In this document: positions 25,752 to 38,179 of the stretch, one piece after another
Layout of the letters: every line of letters begins with the position of its first letter
Position numbering within the stretch: position 1 is the stretch's first letter
NCBI GenBank assembly: GCA_964016885.1
Contig: OZ024743.1
Coordinates: 124,001-188,000 of the forward strand
Source of the DNA: Eledone cirrhosa
Lineage: Eukaryota
Reading direction: 5' to 3'
Length of the DNA stretch: 64,000 nucleotides
Notes under the pieces: model-generated
What the model was told of the DNA's origin: nothing
What the model saw: the letters and a program-made list of their open reading frames with translations, nothing else
Database searches by the model: none
Program-made: the position numbers and the translations under genes

Positions 25752-26854
25752 AATATATATATATATATATATATTATATATACAAGTTACACTTATGAGT
25801 ATGTCTATTTTTAAAGTAAACATAATTCAGGAGATTTGTTTTTCTTGTAGCCAGAGACAAAACTCGATTTGAGTATTTGCAGCATTTACTAAAGCCTCAC
25901 CAGTAAACTATTTCTTGTGATTCCTCTCAATACTGGGGAAAATGTTTTGTAGATATTTATATTATACGCTAACTAGAATAGAATTAAGCTGGTTTTCATA
26001 ATTTGCATAACAGTGTAGGCGATGGTAACGTAAATGAATAATTAATAAAAACACCACACAGTATGTTGTAAGTGTCAGTGTGTGTGTTTATGTGTGTGTG
26101 TACGTGTAGGTGAGTAGGCATGTATATATGTGTGTTGTGGTAATCACATTTTATTGTCAAAAGTAGACACCACTGTTTAACAACAGTTTTTATCTGTGAC
26201 CAGAAAAAAGAGATCGTCCCGACTAGTTTCTTTATTTATGAGAGATCCCCTCTTTCACACCTGTTTACAGTGAGATTAGTAGCTTATAGCTATTTATAAT
26301 ATAGGTATACTTCTTGGACAGAAATGAGTAACCGATTTTTAATGAGGCGTTAATAAACACGAAAACTAGTCAGAACTGAGAGGAAAATATGCTTTAAACA
26401 TGCGAGGGTAAATGTATCTTTATAGAAGAAGACCCCCCCCCCCCCCCCCCAAAAAAAAACATGTTCGAAGCTTCTAGTTTTCAATTATTGTCTCGCTGAG
26501 TATTACTTCGATTAATTAATTAATTCAAGTTATCAGTGTTTGAATTGTTACAAAAAATAGGCAAACGAGTTGAATTCTCTCCAAGTTTACATATAGTAGA
26601 AATAACTATAAGTTATTCTCCCTATGGTCAGGAATAAGTAACCAATTACTGGTGAGGCATTAGTATAGGACGAAAATAAGGAGATTAATTTTTGTTTGCC
26701 AAAGAAAGTAAAAGCAGTGTTGTAACTATGTTGACTACTTTTCACAGCGAATTTAACTGAGTTTACTAACAGAAACAAAGCAAAGCAAAACAAAAGAGAC
26801 ACACACTTATAAATTTGCTTTAGATTAGTAACTATATTACCATTATGTCATGCT

Positions 26855-26945
<91 letters not shown>

Positions 26946-27003
26946 TCACACACACACGAACGTATATACATGTATAGAAAGCACTAATGTATTTGGATAG
27001 TTT

Positions 27004-27042
<39 letters not shown>

Positions 27043-27249
27043 ATAGAAATATTTGTACGTATATGTTTTATGTATATATATATGTATATAAATATATATA
27101 AGGCCCCCATCGGTCACTAATGACCATGTTTTTGCACCTAGAAAGTTTCCCTGCGCAAGGCTTGTTTGGGGAAGACTAGTAGTCGCACATGCGTACCAGT
27201 CGCTCTTCTCCATAAATATATAATATATAATATATATATATATAAATAT

Positions 27250-27502
27250 AATATATTAATAAATGGAAACTATATTTATAAAACGATATTTATTTCATTA
27301 TACATATTTCAAGGACACCAAAGAAAATGATGGTGCGCTTTCATCAGATAAAATATAATGTATAATGAAATAAATATGGTTTTATAAATATAGTTTCCAT
27401 TTATTAATATATTGTATTTTTACTCCAAAAATTTGAGTGCTTTATATTAGTTATAAAAATATTTGCTTGTTGTATCCCAACAAAATTAAATATAACTTCT
27501 AC
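27250..27502 (+). mobile_element. Fold-back pLTR family B copy 2
   Basis: Antisense arm to ~27355 carries the HHR; the sense arm ends cccaacaaaattaaatataacttctaca+(TA)n. Confidence 0.8.
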
Positions 27503-27547
<45 letters not shown>

Positions 27548-28009
27548 AGAGGGGGGGGGGGGGGTAAGTGTGTGTGTGTGTGTGTGTGCGAACTACAGAA
27601 GTGCGCTTCGATTTGTATATGTCGAAAAATATACAGACAGTAGTCCTCCATAGCTTAAAGGAAACACCCAGAAAGCATGCATACATATATGTTATGCATT
27701 ACTAGACAAGTTTTGAGAAGTTACTTCCTCTTTAGCAAAATGATTCTCACCATAACAAGAAACAACGCTCTCACGTCAAACTATACTTTTATTGATCCGG
27801 TCACGTTTTTGTTGTGGAGCGGCGGGGAGATGGGAGATGCATTTTGGGTTAAAAAAATATTAGCTACACTTCTCTTAACTCGTTATATCCGGTCAGTACA
27901 GTATAATATAAGATTTCTGTCGCATTTTGTGACATTTATACAAAAATGTATTTTTCTGTATCTTTCTTTTTCCTTTATGTTTTACTTTTCTTTCTCTCTT
28001 TCTTTCTTT

Positions 28010-28500
28010 CTGTTATGGAGTGTATTTTAGAAGAAAGTCTGTGAATGGAAATGGTGTGACAATTAGAGGATATAGACAAAGGATGTTTCGAGGATGGTAG
28101 AAGATAGAGCTCTTTGAATCAAGCCAACAGAGGATTTGTGATCAGGCAAGGACATTACGCAAAAACGGATGGCTATCTGAGATTGAGATTGAAATGATAA
28201 AGAAAACGATAAGCCAGGTGGGTGCGGAGGATATAGAAGTTCAGGATGTTTGAGATCCAAATAGAGATGAGAGTATTGAAAATGATGGAATCAAAAAGTA
28301 AGAAGAGGAACTGAATATTCGAGATGATGTGGGTGATATTAACATTGATGAACTGAATGACATAGAAAAAGACAAACGGATGATTGCTGATATATTGGAT
28401 ATCTCTAAATCAGGAGGCAAGTAACCCCAACACCACCATAAAAAAAAAAAAAATAAAAAAAGCAAACCAACACCAGCTAAAGGAAATAACTAACAAAGTA
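28010..28500 (+). pseudogene. R4/Dong-clade LINE ORF N-terminal fragment
   Basis: [46 protein letters not shown] resembles the R4/Dong N-terminal GYRxRM..W..EQRLxDQxRxI..WLS motif. Confidence 0.65.
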
Positions 28501-28544
28501 AACAGCATCCTTGACAAGGTGCCGACATGAGCCATCACAGGAAC

Positions 28545-29250
28545 CAATAATCTCAACAACATCCCTCGAAGAGGCACAAAAGTTGATGAATCACTTCTCG
28601 CCTATCTGTGAGGCATTTGGTTTAACAAGCAGCACTAAGAAGATTGAGGTGATGCATCAACCAAAGCCAACCTCCAAGACAAGTAGAAGTTGTTAAACAG
28701 GGCAGCCAGAGCAAGAGCATTCCCATGTTCATCTCACTGTTGATGGCAAGTAGGTGAAGTCCTGTACATACCTTGGTAGCAAGGTGAACTCCTCTGCATC
28801 CCTGGATGATGAGATCATCAATCGCGTCTCTGAAGCAACTGGAACCTTTGGCAAACTACGTCTATGGAGTGTGAGAGGTATATCCCTGAAAACGAAAGTT
28901 GCAGTTTATCGTGCAGGGGTACTAACAACACTTCTATACCGCATGGACTCATAGACTCTTCATTGCACCCATATTTATAAGTTTGATGTCTTCTTCAAAC
29001 ATTGTCTTCACTCTATCTGTGGTTATGTACTTTCTGACAAAGTCTTCAATGTCAATCTGTTCACAAGATGCAACATCGGTGGGATTGGGTCATTTTTAAT
29101 GCAATCCCAATTTAGATAGGGTGGTCATGATCTACGGATGACTGCAGACCGCACAACCAGGGTACTGTTATACAGTCAACATCATAATAGTATATGTAAT
29201 GTAAGAAGATATAAAAATAAACTGAAGTACAATTTTAATCTGTGAATATA
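28545..29250 (+). mobile_element. Decayed RTE-clade LINE RT C-terminal fragment
   Basis: SLEEAQKLMNHFSPICEAFGLTSSTKKIEVMHQP...YLGS...LDDEIINRVSEATGTFGKLRLWSVRGISLKTKVAVYRAGVLTTLLY, with stops and frameshifts. Confidence 0.85.
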
Positions 29251-29303
29251 ATTCTTACTTCTTTTGAAGCCCTAGCTGCTTAGTAGTAAGTACTCCCGTC
29301 TTT

Positions 29304-29360
<57 letters not shown>

Positions 29361-30447
29361 GTAGTAGTAGTAGTAGCAGTAGTAGTACGACTATTACTGC
29401 CACCACAACTACCACCACTACGTCTACTGCCACCCCAACCAACACCATTACTACTATAGCCACCACCACCACCACGACTACTACTAATAATACTACAACA
29501 TAATCAGCACCACCACAACCATCATTGCTCCTACCCTACCTCACATCATTACTAAGTCTACTGAGTTTCTGATTTTGACATTTCATACTTACATACACAC
29601 ATGTGTGTGTGTGTGCGCACACACACGTTCATGCACCTGATGATATAACAATGAGAATCATTGATATAGCCGAGGCAGATGTATTATCAGTATTAGCCAG
29701 ACGAGAAAAACTTTTCCCAGCAATGTGCCCCGAAGGTTTCTCTACTTTTCGCCTAAAAGACATGTTGACAGCGAGTGTTGCTAAACAACGATGGATAATG
29801 TCTTAAATCTATTGGAAACAGATGCTAAAAACTAAGCCCTGTCTTACTGACCTTACATATCAGCAAGGTCATGGAACGATGTCAGGAAGATGCTGATAAC
29901 ATTTATAAAAAAACAAACAAACAAAAGCTTAAGTGATTGGTAGCCAGTATAGGCAATGTTGAAGGTAATAACTGCTTCATATAAGATTTATAAAAGCAAT
30001 GACTACTAATAAGGCGATTTCTCGCAAATTGCAGGCTGGATAATCTCTTAGGCTGTGTTAACGATATAAACAACTTCAAGTTAAATAAGGATCCTGATTA
30101 GAATAAATACATTTGAAATGCATTCACAAGTTTAACAACGCTATCTACCTCTTAAGTGCCTTTAGCCCAGTCCACTCAGATGAAGTCATTCCGATCATGT
30201 CTTCGGTCTGAGAATAACTCGATATCTTAATGGGATGCTGCATACTTCAGATATCCAAGACTTTTTCTTTCTCCCTCCACCAAAAATTATGGGCACTCTC
30301 CTTTTTCCTCATTTAGTCAGGCAGAAGAAGAGTATCCATGACTTCCTAACAGGTGAAAGGAAGTTATACTTAAATTGTAGACAGGGCTTGCAAAAAAGCA
30401 GTCTTCTCTAAAGATAACCGGATTTGGTCTACCACCCAAGACGGCCT

Positions 30448-30614
30448 CGGCGGATAGAACACTTACAAAAAACAGCATGCTTGGAACAGCTCGTACACCC
30501 CGGAGAGTACTCGAAAAATAAGGGGTGTTACATCAGTTCACTGGTAGTGAACAGCTAACACTATAATACATCTCCAGCGTTAGGAGCTGAGCGAAAAAAC
30601 AATAATAATAATAA
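30448..30614 (+). mobile_element. R4/Dong extreme 3' end with (TAA)n tail
   Basis: EHLQKTA / LGTARTPRRVLEK* (frameshifted), a short UTR, then (aat)n. Confidence 0.6.
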
Positions 30615-31508
30615 TGGCAGAATGACACCTTGAATAGAGGGAGAGAAAAAATGCATGGTCAATTCTTGCGTGAAATGTATGAGAGAATTGACAAAGATAA
30701 GAACTCGGAACGGACTAGGAAAAGCAACTAAAAAGTTGAAACTGAGGGCCTTATTTTTGCAGCCCAGGAACAGGTACTGAGAACGAACCATATCAAGTTC
30801 AATATTGACAAGTTAGTGAATTCCCCACTGTGTAGGCTGTGTGGTGAGAAAGGTGGGACAATAAACTACATTATTAGTGAATGTAAGATGATTGCTTTGA
30901 AAGAGTACAAGAGAAGGCACGCAACATTGCTAGATTGGTTTATTGGAAGCTCTGTCATATGTATGGCATGAGCAGAAGTGAGAAATGGTATGAGCACCAG
31001 CCGGAAAGGGCTGCTGAAAACGAAAAATATAAGATCTTGTGGGACATGACAACCCAGTGCGTCCATTTTATCGTGGCTAAAAAGTATGACATTGTTGTCG
31101 TAGAAAAGAAGAATAACAAGGCATATATTGTTTCACCGTGGGACCAGAGGGTGAATGAGAAGGGAAGTGAGAAAGTTGAGAAATACCAGGAGCTGAAGAG
31201 ACAAATCAGAAAACCATGGAGAATCAGACACGTAGAAGTGGTATCGATTGTGGTTGGTGCACTGGGATCAGTTAGCAAAAGGTTGGATGGCTTGAGAAGC
31301 TAGGACTTACTACCAGGACGGGATTGTTGCAGAGAACAGCCTTGGTGGGAACACAAGGATTTAAGGATTTATGGAGAGTGTTAACAAGTTAAAAGAGAAG
31401 GAGTGACTCTAAGGACCATTGGTTATGGCTCGTTCTTTTGGTATAGTGTTCGTATCACATCTGCCAGAGCAAAAGCGTTATGAATGATAATAATAATAAA
31501 AATAATAA
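30615..31508 (+). mobile_element. R4/Dong LINE 3' fragment (CCHC knuckle plus RLE) bounded by (TAA)n
   Basis: CRLCGEKGGTINYIISEC...YKRRH; WYEHQP...KILWD...DIVVVEKK...KVEKYQEL...IVVGALG. taataataa at both ends. Confidence 0.85.
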
Positions 31509-32381
31509 GACGAAGACAGAAGAAAGATAAGAAAAAATTTCTGTTTGTGAGAAATTGGATACCATTATTTATACATTATTTATACTGATTCCCAGTTCTT
31601 TATTCTTCAAAGTTTGATGATTAACATGTCCTTGCTTTAGCATCTCCCCCTCCTACATCCCTTTCCCTCCCTTCCTCTTTTATACACCTTCCCCCTCTCA
31701 CCACTATTTCAAACATACGCACATAAACACACACACAAGGATGTATGCATGTATGTTTATCTCACTATCTCGTTCCCTTTTTATCTGTGTGTGTGTGTAT
31801 ATACATATATACCTACACACAGAAACACACGCACACGCATACACACATACAAACGCACACAAACACATACACACACATATATATAAACACAGAGTAGTAA
31901 CAATTATATAGTTGTTAGTTTATTATATATCTGCAATGGTTTTTTTTTTTGTGTGGACTTATTATTTTACTTGATCGCTCGTTCTTTCCTTCTTTCTTTC
32001 TTTCTTTCTTTCCTTCTTTCTTTCTTTCTTTCTTTCTATCTTTCTTTCTTACTTTCTTTCTTTCATCTTTCTTTCTTTTTTTCATATAGACACTAGTTGA
32101 AAACACAAGATTGCATTGATGAAGAGCTGTAGGCAGTGGCGCCACTATTATGCCAAGATGGGATTCTTATGAAAGCTGCATTGTTGTTTGTCGAACATGT
32201 GAAATAGCTGCATATCCTTTGGTCGGTGGTAAGAAAAAAATTAATGCAACAACAACAACATCAACAGCAGCAGCCATATACATAAAACAAGACAATGGTT
32301 CGTTTAATAACCGAGACACACACACAGGCAGAAACAAATACGATACACATATACACACGAACGCATTATATATATATATAA

Positions 32382-32570
32382 GGCGGTGGATTGGCAGTAT
32401 CGGTAGAGGGTCGGACGCCATGCTTTGAAGCATAGAGTTACCTCCCTGTATGATCTGAGTTCAAATCCCGCCGAGGTTAACTTTGCCTTTCATCCTCGCG
32501 GGGTCGATAAAATAAAGTACCAGTAATGCACTGGGTAATTGATGGCCTTGTGCCAAAAGTAGAAACAATT
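32382..32570 (+). mobile_element. Full-length tRNA-derived SINE
   Basis: A-box-like tggcagtatcgg, B box gagttcaaatccc, conserved core and tail; multi-copy within the window. Confidence 0.9.
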
Positions 32571-32589
32571 ATATATATATATATATTTA

Positions 32590-32801
32590 CGATCACTTTC
32601 GTCAAATCGGACCGAGGAAACAAGGTTTCCGCTGGTGTTTCCAGTTGCTAGTACTATCTATCGGTCGCAACTCCAGGTAGAAGGAGAAACGTGAAATAAA
32701 GTGTCTTGCTCAAGGACATAACGCATCGCCCGGTCATGGAATCGAACTCACAACCTCAAGATTGTGAATCCAATTCTCTAACCACTCAGCCACACGCCTT
32801 C
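32590..32801 (-). mobile_element. Second tRNA-derived SINE family
   Basis: Reverse complement has A box tggctgagtgg and B box gagttcgattcc, followed by the tgtccttgagcaagacact central motif. Confidence 0.8.
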
Positions 32802-33065
32802 AAATATCTTGTCATTTACCTATGGTTTAAATTTCATATAAATCGAAAGGAAAACAGATTCAGCGGGGGTTTTCAGCGGCGGATTTGTGCCTCCCGGGGA
32901 ACCCTTTGATTAAAATGAAATATACTTATCCAAGTACCCTGGGCAATGTAGTTCTGTTACCGGATTCTGTTACCCGGAGATTTACCCATCTGCATTGTTG
33001 AGGCTTCCAAAACAACCAATTTTTTTAATATTCCACAATGCTTCAAGCAAACTTCTATACTCTTT

Positions 33066-33097
<32 letters not shown>

Positions 33098-33189
33098 AAG
33101 TTGTATTCCTGCCTGTTTGTTTGTTGGTTTGTTTGTTCACGAAATACTCATATGGTTTTGGAGATAGACCCCCATAACCATATATATTC

Positions 33190-33410
33190 TGAAACTACAT
33201 TGCCCAGGGTACTTGGATAAGTATATTTCATTTTAATTTATAAATTTCCGATTGGTTGGTTGGTTCCACAACCGGACGGTTGTTCATATATTGTCAAATT
33301 TCTTTCGCCACACATTCTGTGACCTCTTCAGTGACTGGGATTCTTTTCTTTGTTTTGTGCCTCTCCTTTGTTCTGTCCTATGCCATCTTGTTTTTGTGTG
33401 TGTTGTGTGC
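33190..33410 (-). mobile_element. pLTR family C copy with hammerhead
   Basis: Reverse complement of ~34600-34773. Segment 33193-33236 is also present inverted at ~32910-32953. Confidence 0.75.
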
Positions 33411-33845
33411 TTAGTTTGCGCATGTGTTACATCCGGGTGTCTGTGTATGTTTTTATTTGTTTATTTATTTGTTTATTTACATGTTACTGGTTGGTTGTTT
33501 GTTCTATGTGTGTGTGTGTTTTCATTTTGTCCTTAATTGTAAGTTGTGATGTTGCTATTCCATTCATGTTTTCTATTTAATTTTTGTTGGAGTTCATTTA
33601 TGTTTATTGCCTCTGTGATTTGTCTAAACATTGCGTCTTTTCTGTGTGTAGATTCTATTTTTATTTCTATAAAAATAGATTCTATTTTTATTAATAGATT
33701 CTATTTTTATTTCTATGTTCTCTAGAGAACATAGAAATAAAAATAGTGTCGGTGTGTGCGTGTGTGTGTGTGCATGTGTGTATGTGTGTGTCTTAACACA
33801 AATGAGCATAATAAATGTAGCCGATCATTATTGAATATAATTGAC

Positions 33846-34030
33846 GGGTGATGGATTGGCAGTATCGGTAGAGGGTCGGACGCGATGCTTTCCAGCATAG
33901 TTACGTCCCTTTACGATCTGAGTTCAAATCCCGCCGAGGTTGACTTTGCCTTTCATCCTTACGGGGTCGATAAAATAAAGTACCAGTAATGTACTGGGTA
34001 ATTGCTGGCCTTGTGCCAAAAGTAGAAACA
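33846..34030 (+). mobile_element. Full-length SINE with 18-bp TSD
   Basis: TSD attattgaatataattga at 33827-33844 and 34031-34048. Confidence 0.92.
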
Positions 34031-34361
34031 ATTATTGAATATAATTGAAAGGCTCGAGCAAATTAGACTTGAAGACTTAAAAAAGCGTGGTGAGAGTCGC
34101 CTGAGTGGAATCAAAGCCCGCATCTGTGTCATACCGTGTTAGTGCGTTAGCCAAATTCCGTCTATTTGTCGAAAACATTCATTCTCTTAGCAATGCATGA
34201 TTAATTTCAGAATAAACCGAAAAAATATGTAATTTTTCAGTAGAATATAGTTCACCATTCATTTGTATAATTTCTTTTATTACTAAGTAAGATTCCCATC
34301 AATCCAGTAACCGTTTTTTTCATTTGATTTATATTTTATTACTATTTTTTAAAATTGTTAC

Positions 34362-34930
<569 letters not shown>

Positions 34931-35154
34931 TATATATATATATACAGAGGCGGACTGGGTCTAAAAATATTTGTTGCCAGGAGATGAAGGGGGCCCACCT
35001 ACATATAGAATGCTACCATTTAATTAATAAATAACATTTTCAAAAAATACATCAGTGGAAACAAAACAGTGCAATCAAATTTTTACGGAAAAATATCTTA
35101 GCTTCTCCAATAAAAAATATTATGTATTTTGCGGAATCCAGAGACTTTCAATAA

Positions 35155-35625
35155 TGACCAGAAGTGGACCCTAAATAATACTAATAGCTCTAGGAAAGCC
35201 ATGAACGACAGCACATCTTTTTAACTTTTATTTTGAAAGTAGGTTTATCATTATCAATTTTCATCATACTTTTGTAGCTGTCTCGGGTGCCTAGTTGGAG
35301 GAATCATAGACGGTGGTGATCCTGGTCTGAAGTTCGATCTTGGTTGGGAGTAGGGTTCCTGGTAATCGTTTTCACTTTTTTTCTATGGGATGTAAAATAA
35401 AAACTGAAAAAGACTACATGTACCTCTTGGCCAGGATTGAACCCGAGACCAGGATCTTCACAGTCACTAGTACCCACCGCTAGGCCACAGAGACAATTAC
35501 AATCAGCTTATGAAAATTCATACTTATAAACCTACTTTCAAAATTTTCAATACAAAATGATGTGGTGGCGTTCATGTTTTTCTTAATGTTATTGCTCCTA
35601 TATAAGGTCGACTTCTAAATCATTT
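35155..35625. mobile_element. Imperfect palindrome with a tRNA-like module in each arm
   Basis: Arm matches ttttgaaagtaggtttat/ataaacctactttcaaaa and catgaacg/cgttcatg. tRNA-like segments at ~35280-35350 (+) and ~35425-35495 (-). Confidence 0.65.
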
Positions 35626-35764
35626 GAGTGTTCCATAAACTATATCCTCGTTTTGTTTCACATCAATCTAGACTATATTTTAATATTATGTATTTAAATA
35701 TTATGTAGTTTGCGAAATCCAGAGACTTTCAATAATGACCTTTGGTCTTTCACACTCACTCACT

Positions 35765-35821
<57 letters not shown>

Positions 35822-36106
35822 CAAATAACGAAACGAAATTAAATTTCGTTTCGCTTCTAACTCACTTTTGTATGACTAACGCTTAAACAATTAAGTTAAA
35901 GTGTACATCTACATATGTATACGGAAGTATTAGTATGCATATAAATACACACATGTATACATATGTACATGTACTCAGCTTTTCACTAGACACTTTACAG
36001 TGAGTGTCAGCTAGTCTGTATGTAACCACACAGGCGGACCGGGTTTTAGAGTCATACGAGTTTTCAAGGAAACACATTTCCTCTATTCTCCAGAGGGCCA
36101 GACAGG

Positions 36107-36151
36107 AATATTGGACTAGTTTCGATGTTATTACATCTCATCAGCAATATT
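36107..36151 (-). ncRNA. Canonical minimal type-I hammerhead
   Basis: Reverse complement aatattg-CTGATGA-gatgt-aata-acatc-GAAAC-ta-GTC-caatatt. Confidence 0.88.
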
Positions 36152-36575
36152 TACCCATCTTCCGGCTTCTCTGGAGAATTGTAAAAGCACATATCGTTAT
36201 ATGCTTTTTCTATGAAAATTAGTAGTGGGTAGACTAATTTGCATAGAACGTGAGTCATTGTACGCACCGGTTCGGCGGAAACGATAAAAACAAATAACGA
36301 AACGAAATTAAATTTCGTTTCGCTTCTAACTCACTTTTGTATGACTGACGCTTAAACAATTAAGTTAAAGTGTACATCTACATATGTATACGGAAGTATT
36401 AGTATGCATATAAATACACACATGTATACATATGTACATGTACTCAGCTTTTCACTAGACACTTTACAGTTAGTGTCAGCTAGTCTGTATGTAACCACAC
36501 AGGCGGACCGGGTTTTAGAGTCATACGAGTTTTCAAGGAAACACATTTCCTCTATTCTCCAGAGGGCCAGACAGG

Positions 36576-36620
36576 AATATTGGACTAGTTTCGATGTTAT
36601 TACATCTCATCAGCAATATT
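36576..36620 (-). ncRNA. Canonical minimal type-I hammerhead, second copy
   Basis: Identical to 36107-36151. Confidence 0.88.
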
Positions 36621-36752
36621 TACCCATCTTCCGGCTTCTCTGGAGAATTGTCTAGTGAAAAGCTGAGTACATGTACATATGTATACATGTGTGTATTTAT
36701 ATGCATACTAATACTTCCGTATACATATGTAGATGTACACTTTAACTTAATT

Positions 36753-36815
<63 letters not shown>

Positions 36816-36856
36816 AATATATATATATATACATATATATATATACACATATATAT

Positions 36857-36924
<68 letters not shown>

Positions 36925-36962
36925 GTGTAAGTGTGTATATATGTATGTATGTATAGATATAT

Positions 36963-37002
<40 letters not shown>

Positions 37003-37346
37003 GCTTGTGTGTGTGTGTGTCTATATATGTATGTTTGCATGAATGAATACACTAAGCTTAAGATTTAGTAGAATGTACAACCACTGATTCCAGCTATTTG
37101 CACTATCGTATATTTTGGTTTCTAGTAATTCCCTGGGGAATTGGTTGACCAAATGCTTTGCTTAATTGTTTTATTGATTTAAAAAAAATGTTTATTCTTT
37201 CTTTTAAATTTCAAGTATTTTTTTAAAGCAAAGCATTGGCCCCTAAAATACTGCAGTGGGCCCTGCAATGCTACTGCGGGTTCCAGCAATGCTACCGTGG
37301 GCCCCCTGGGGCCCACTTGTCATTGTGCAACCTGGCCAGTCCGCCA

Positions 37347-37388
<42 letters not shown>

Positions 37389-37517
37389 GTGTGTATGTTT
37401 TTTTGATTAACCTTTTTATGTAAACGTAAATACCTGTTAATCAATAGATCCAACCCCAAATACTATATATATAGTCGCAATTTAGCCGGATTGTGAAACA
37501 TTTTCCGATGTTATGTA

Positions 37518-37590
37518 ATCCTCTGCAGATAATGCTTCTAATAACTATTATAGGCGGATGATTGCGATGAAACGGAATTCCGTACAGGAT
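37518..37590 (+). ncRNA. Degenerate hammerhead in a (TA)n-flanked insert
   Basis: atcct-CTGcAGA...GAAAC-ggaattcc-GTA-c-aggat; the core is mutated. Confidence 0.45.
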
Positions 37591-37746
37591 ATAGATCAGT
37601 GTAACCAATACCAATAACTTCCATAAAACTCACTAACTAATTGCGTTCGCTCTGCAAAACTACGACCTGCTTCTAATTGCACACTTATTATTGCATTGAG
37701 CGTGTGAGCTATGGCCGGGGTCATTAAATAAATTCTCTGACGTCCG

Positions 37747-37892
<146 letters not shown>

Positions 37893-38179
37893 TTGAAAAT
37901 AGTTCAAACTCAATTAAAAAAAAATCAAGACAGAGATTTTATCCACAGATTTTGTGAAATCCAGGGAAAAACCAATAGAGTCTTAACTCAGAATAAAATA
38001 AAGCTTAAATACTCATCCTTCAATTTGGAAAAACTACAAATGCTCTATATAATCTTAAAAAGACTATTTCACGAAACCTTTCAGTGGGGATGATCACGGT
38101 TGCAATCGTTCCTCAGTAGAGCTCAAACACGATAACCCTGAAACCACTGCTAAAATATGCCAATATATATATATATATA

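Larger units (their letters stand above)
35815..36757 (-). mobile_element. Non-coding retrozyme-like PLE derivative: direct repeats 35815-36182 and 36284-36651 plus inverted piece 36649-36757
   Basis: Period 469 bp, one canonical HHR per repeat, (TA)n at both ends, no credible ORF. Confidence 0.85.
34945..37349. mobile_element. Non-autonomous hAT-like DNA transposon with nested inserts
   Basis: 14-bp TIRs cagaggcggactgg (34945-34958) / ccagtccgccactg (37336-37349), subterminal gggccc motifs, (TA)n flanks. Confidence 0.65.

Noticed and set aside
32725-32801. tRNA gene
   Set aside because: It continues into a SINE body and lacks a clean cloverleaf, so it is a SINE head.
38055-38118. Minus-strand CTGAGGA...GAAAT motif
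   Set aside because: Stem II pairs but stem I does not.
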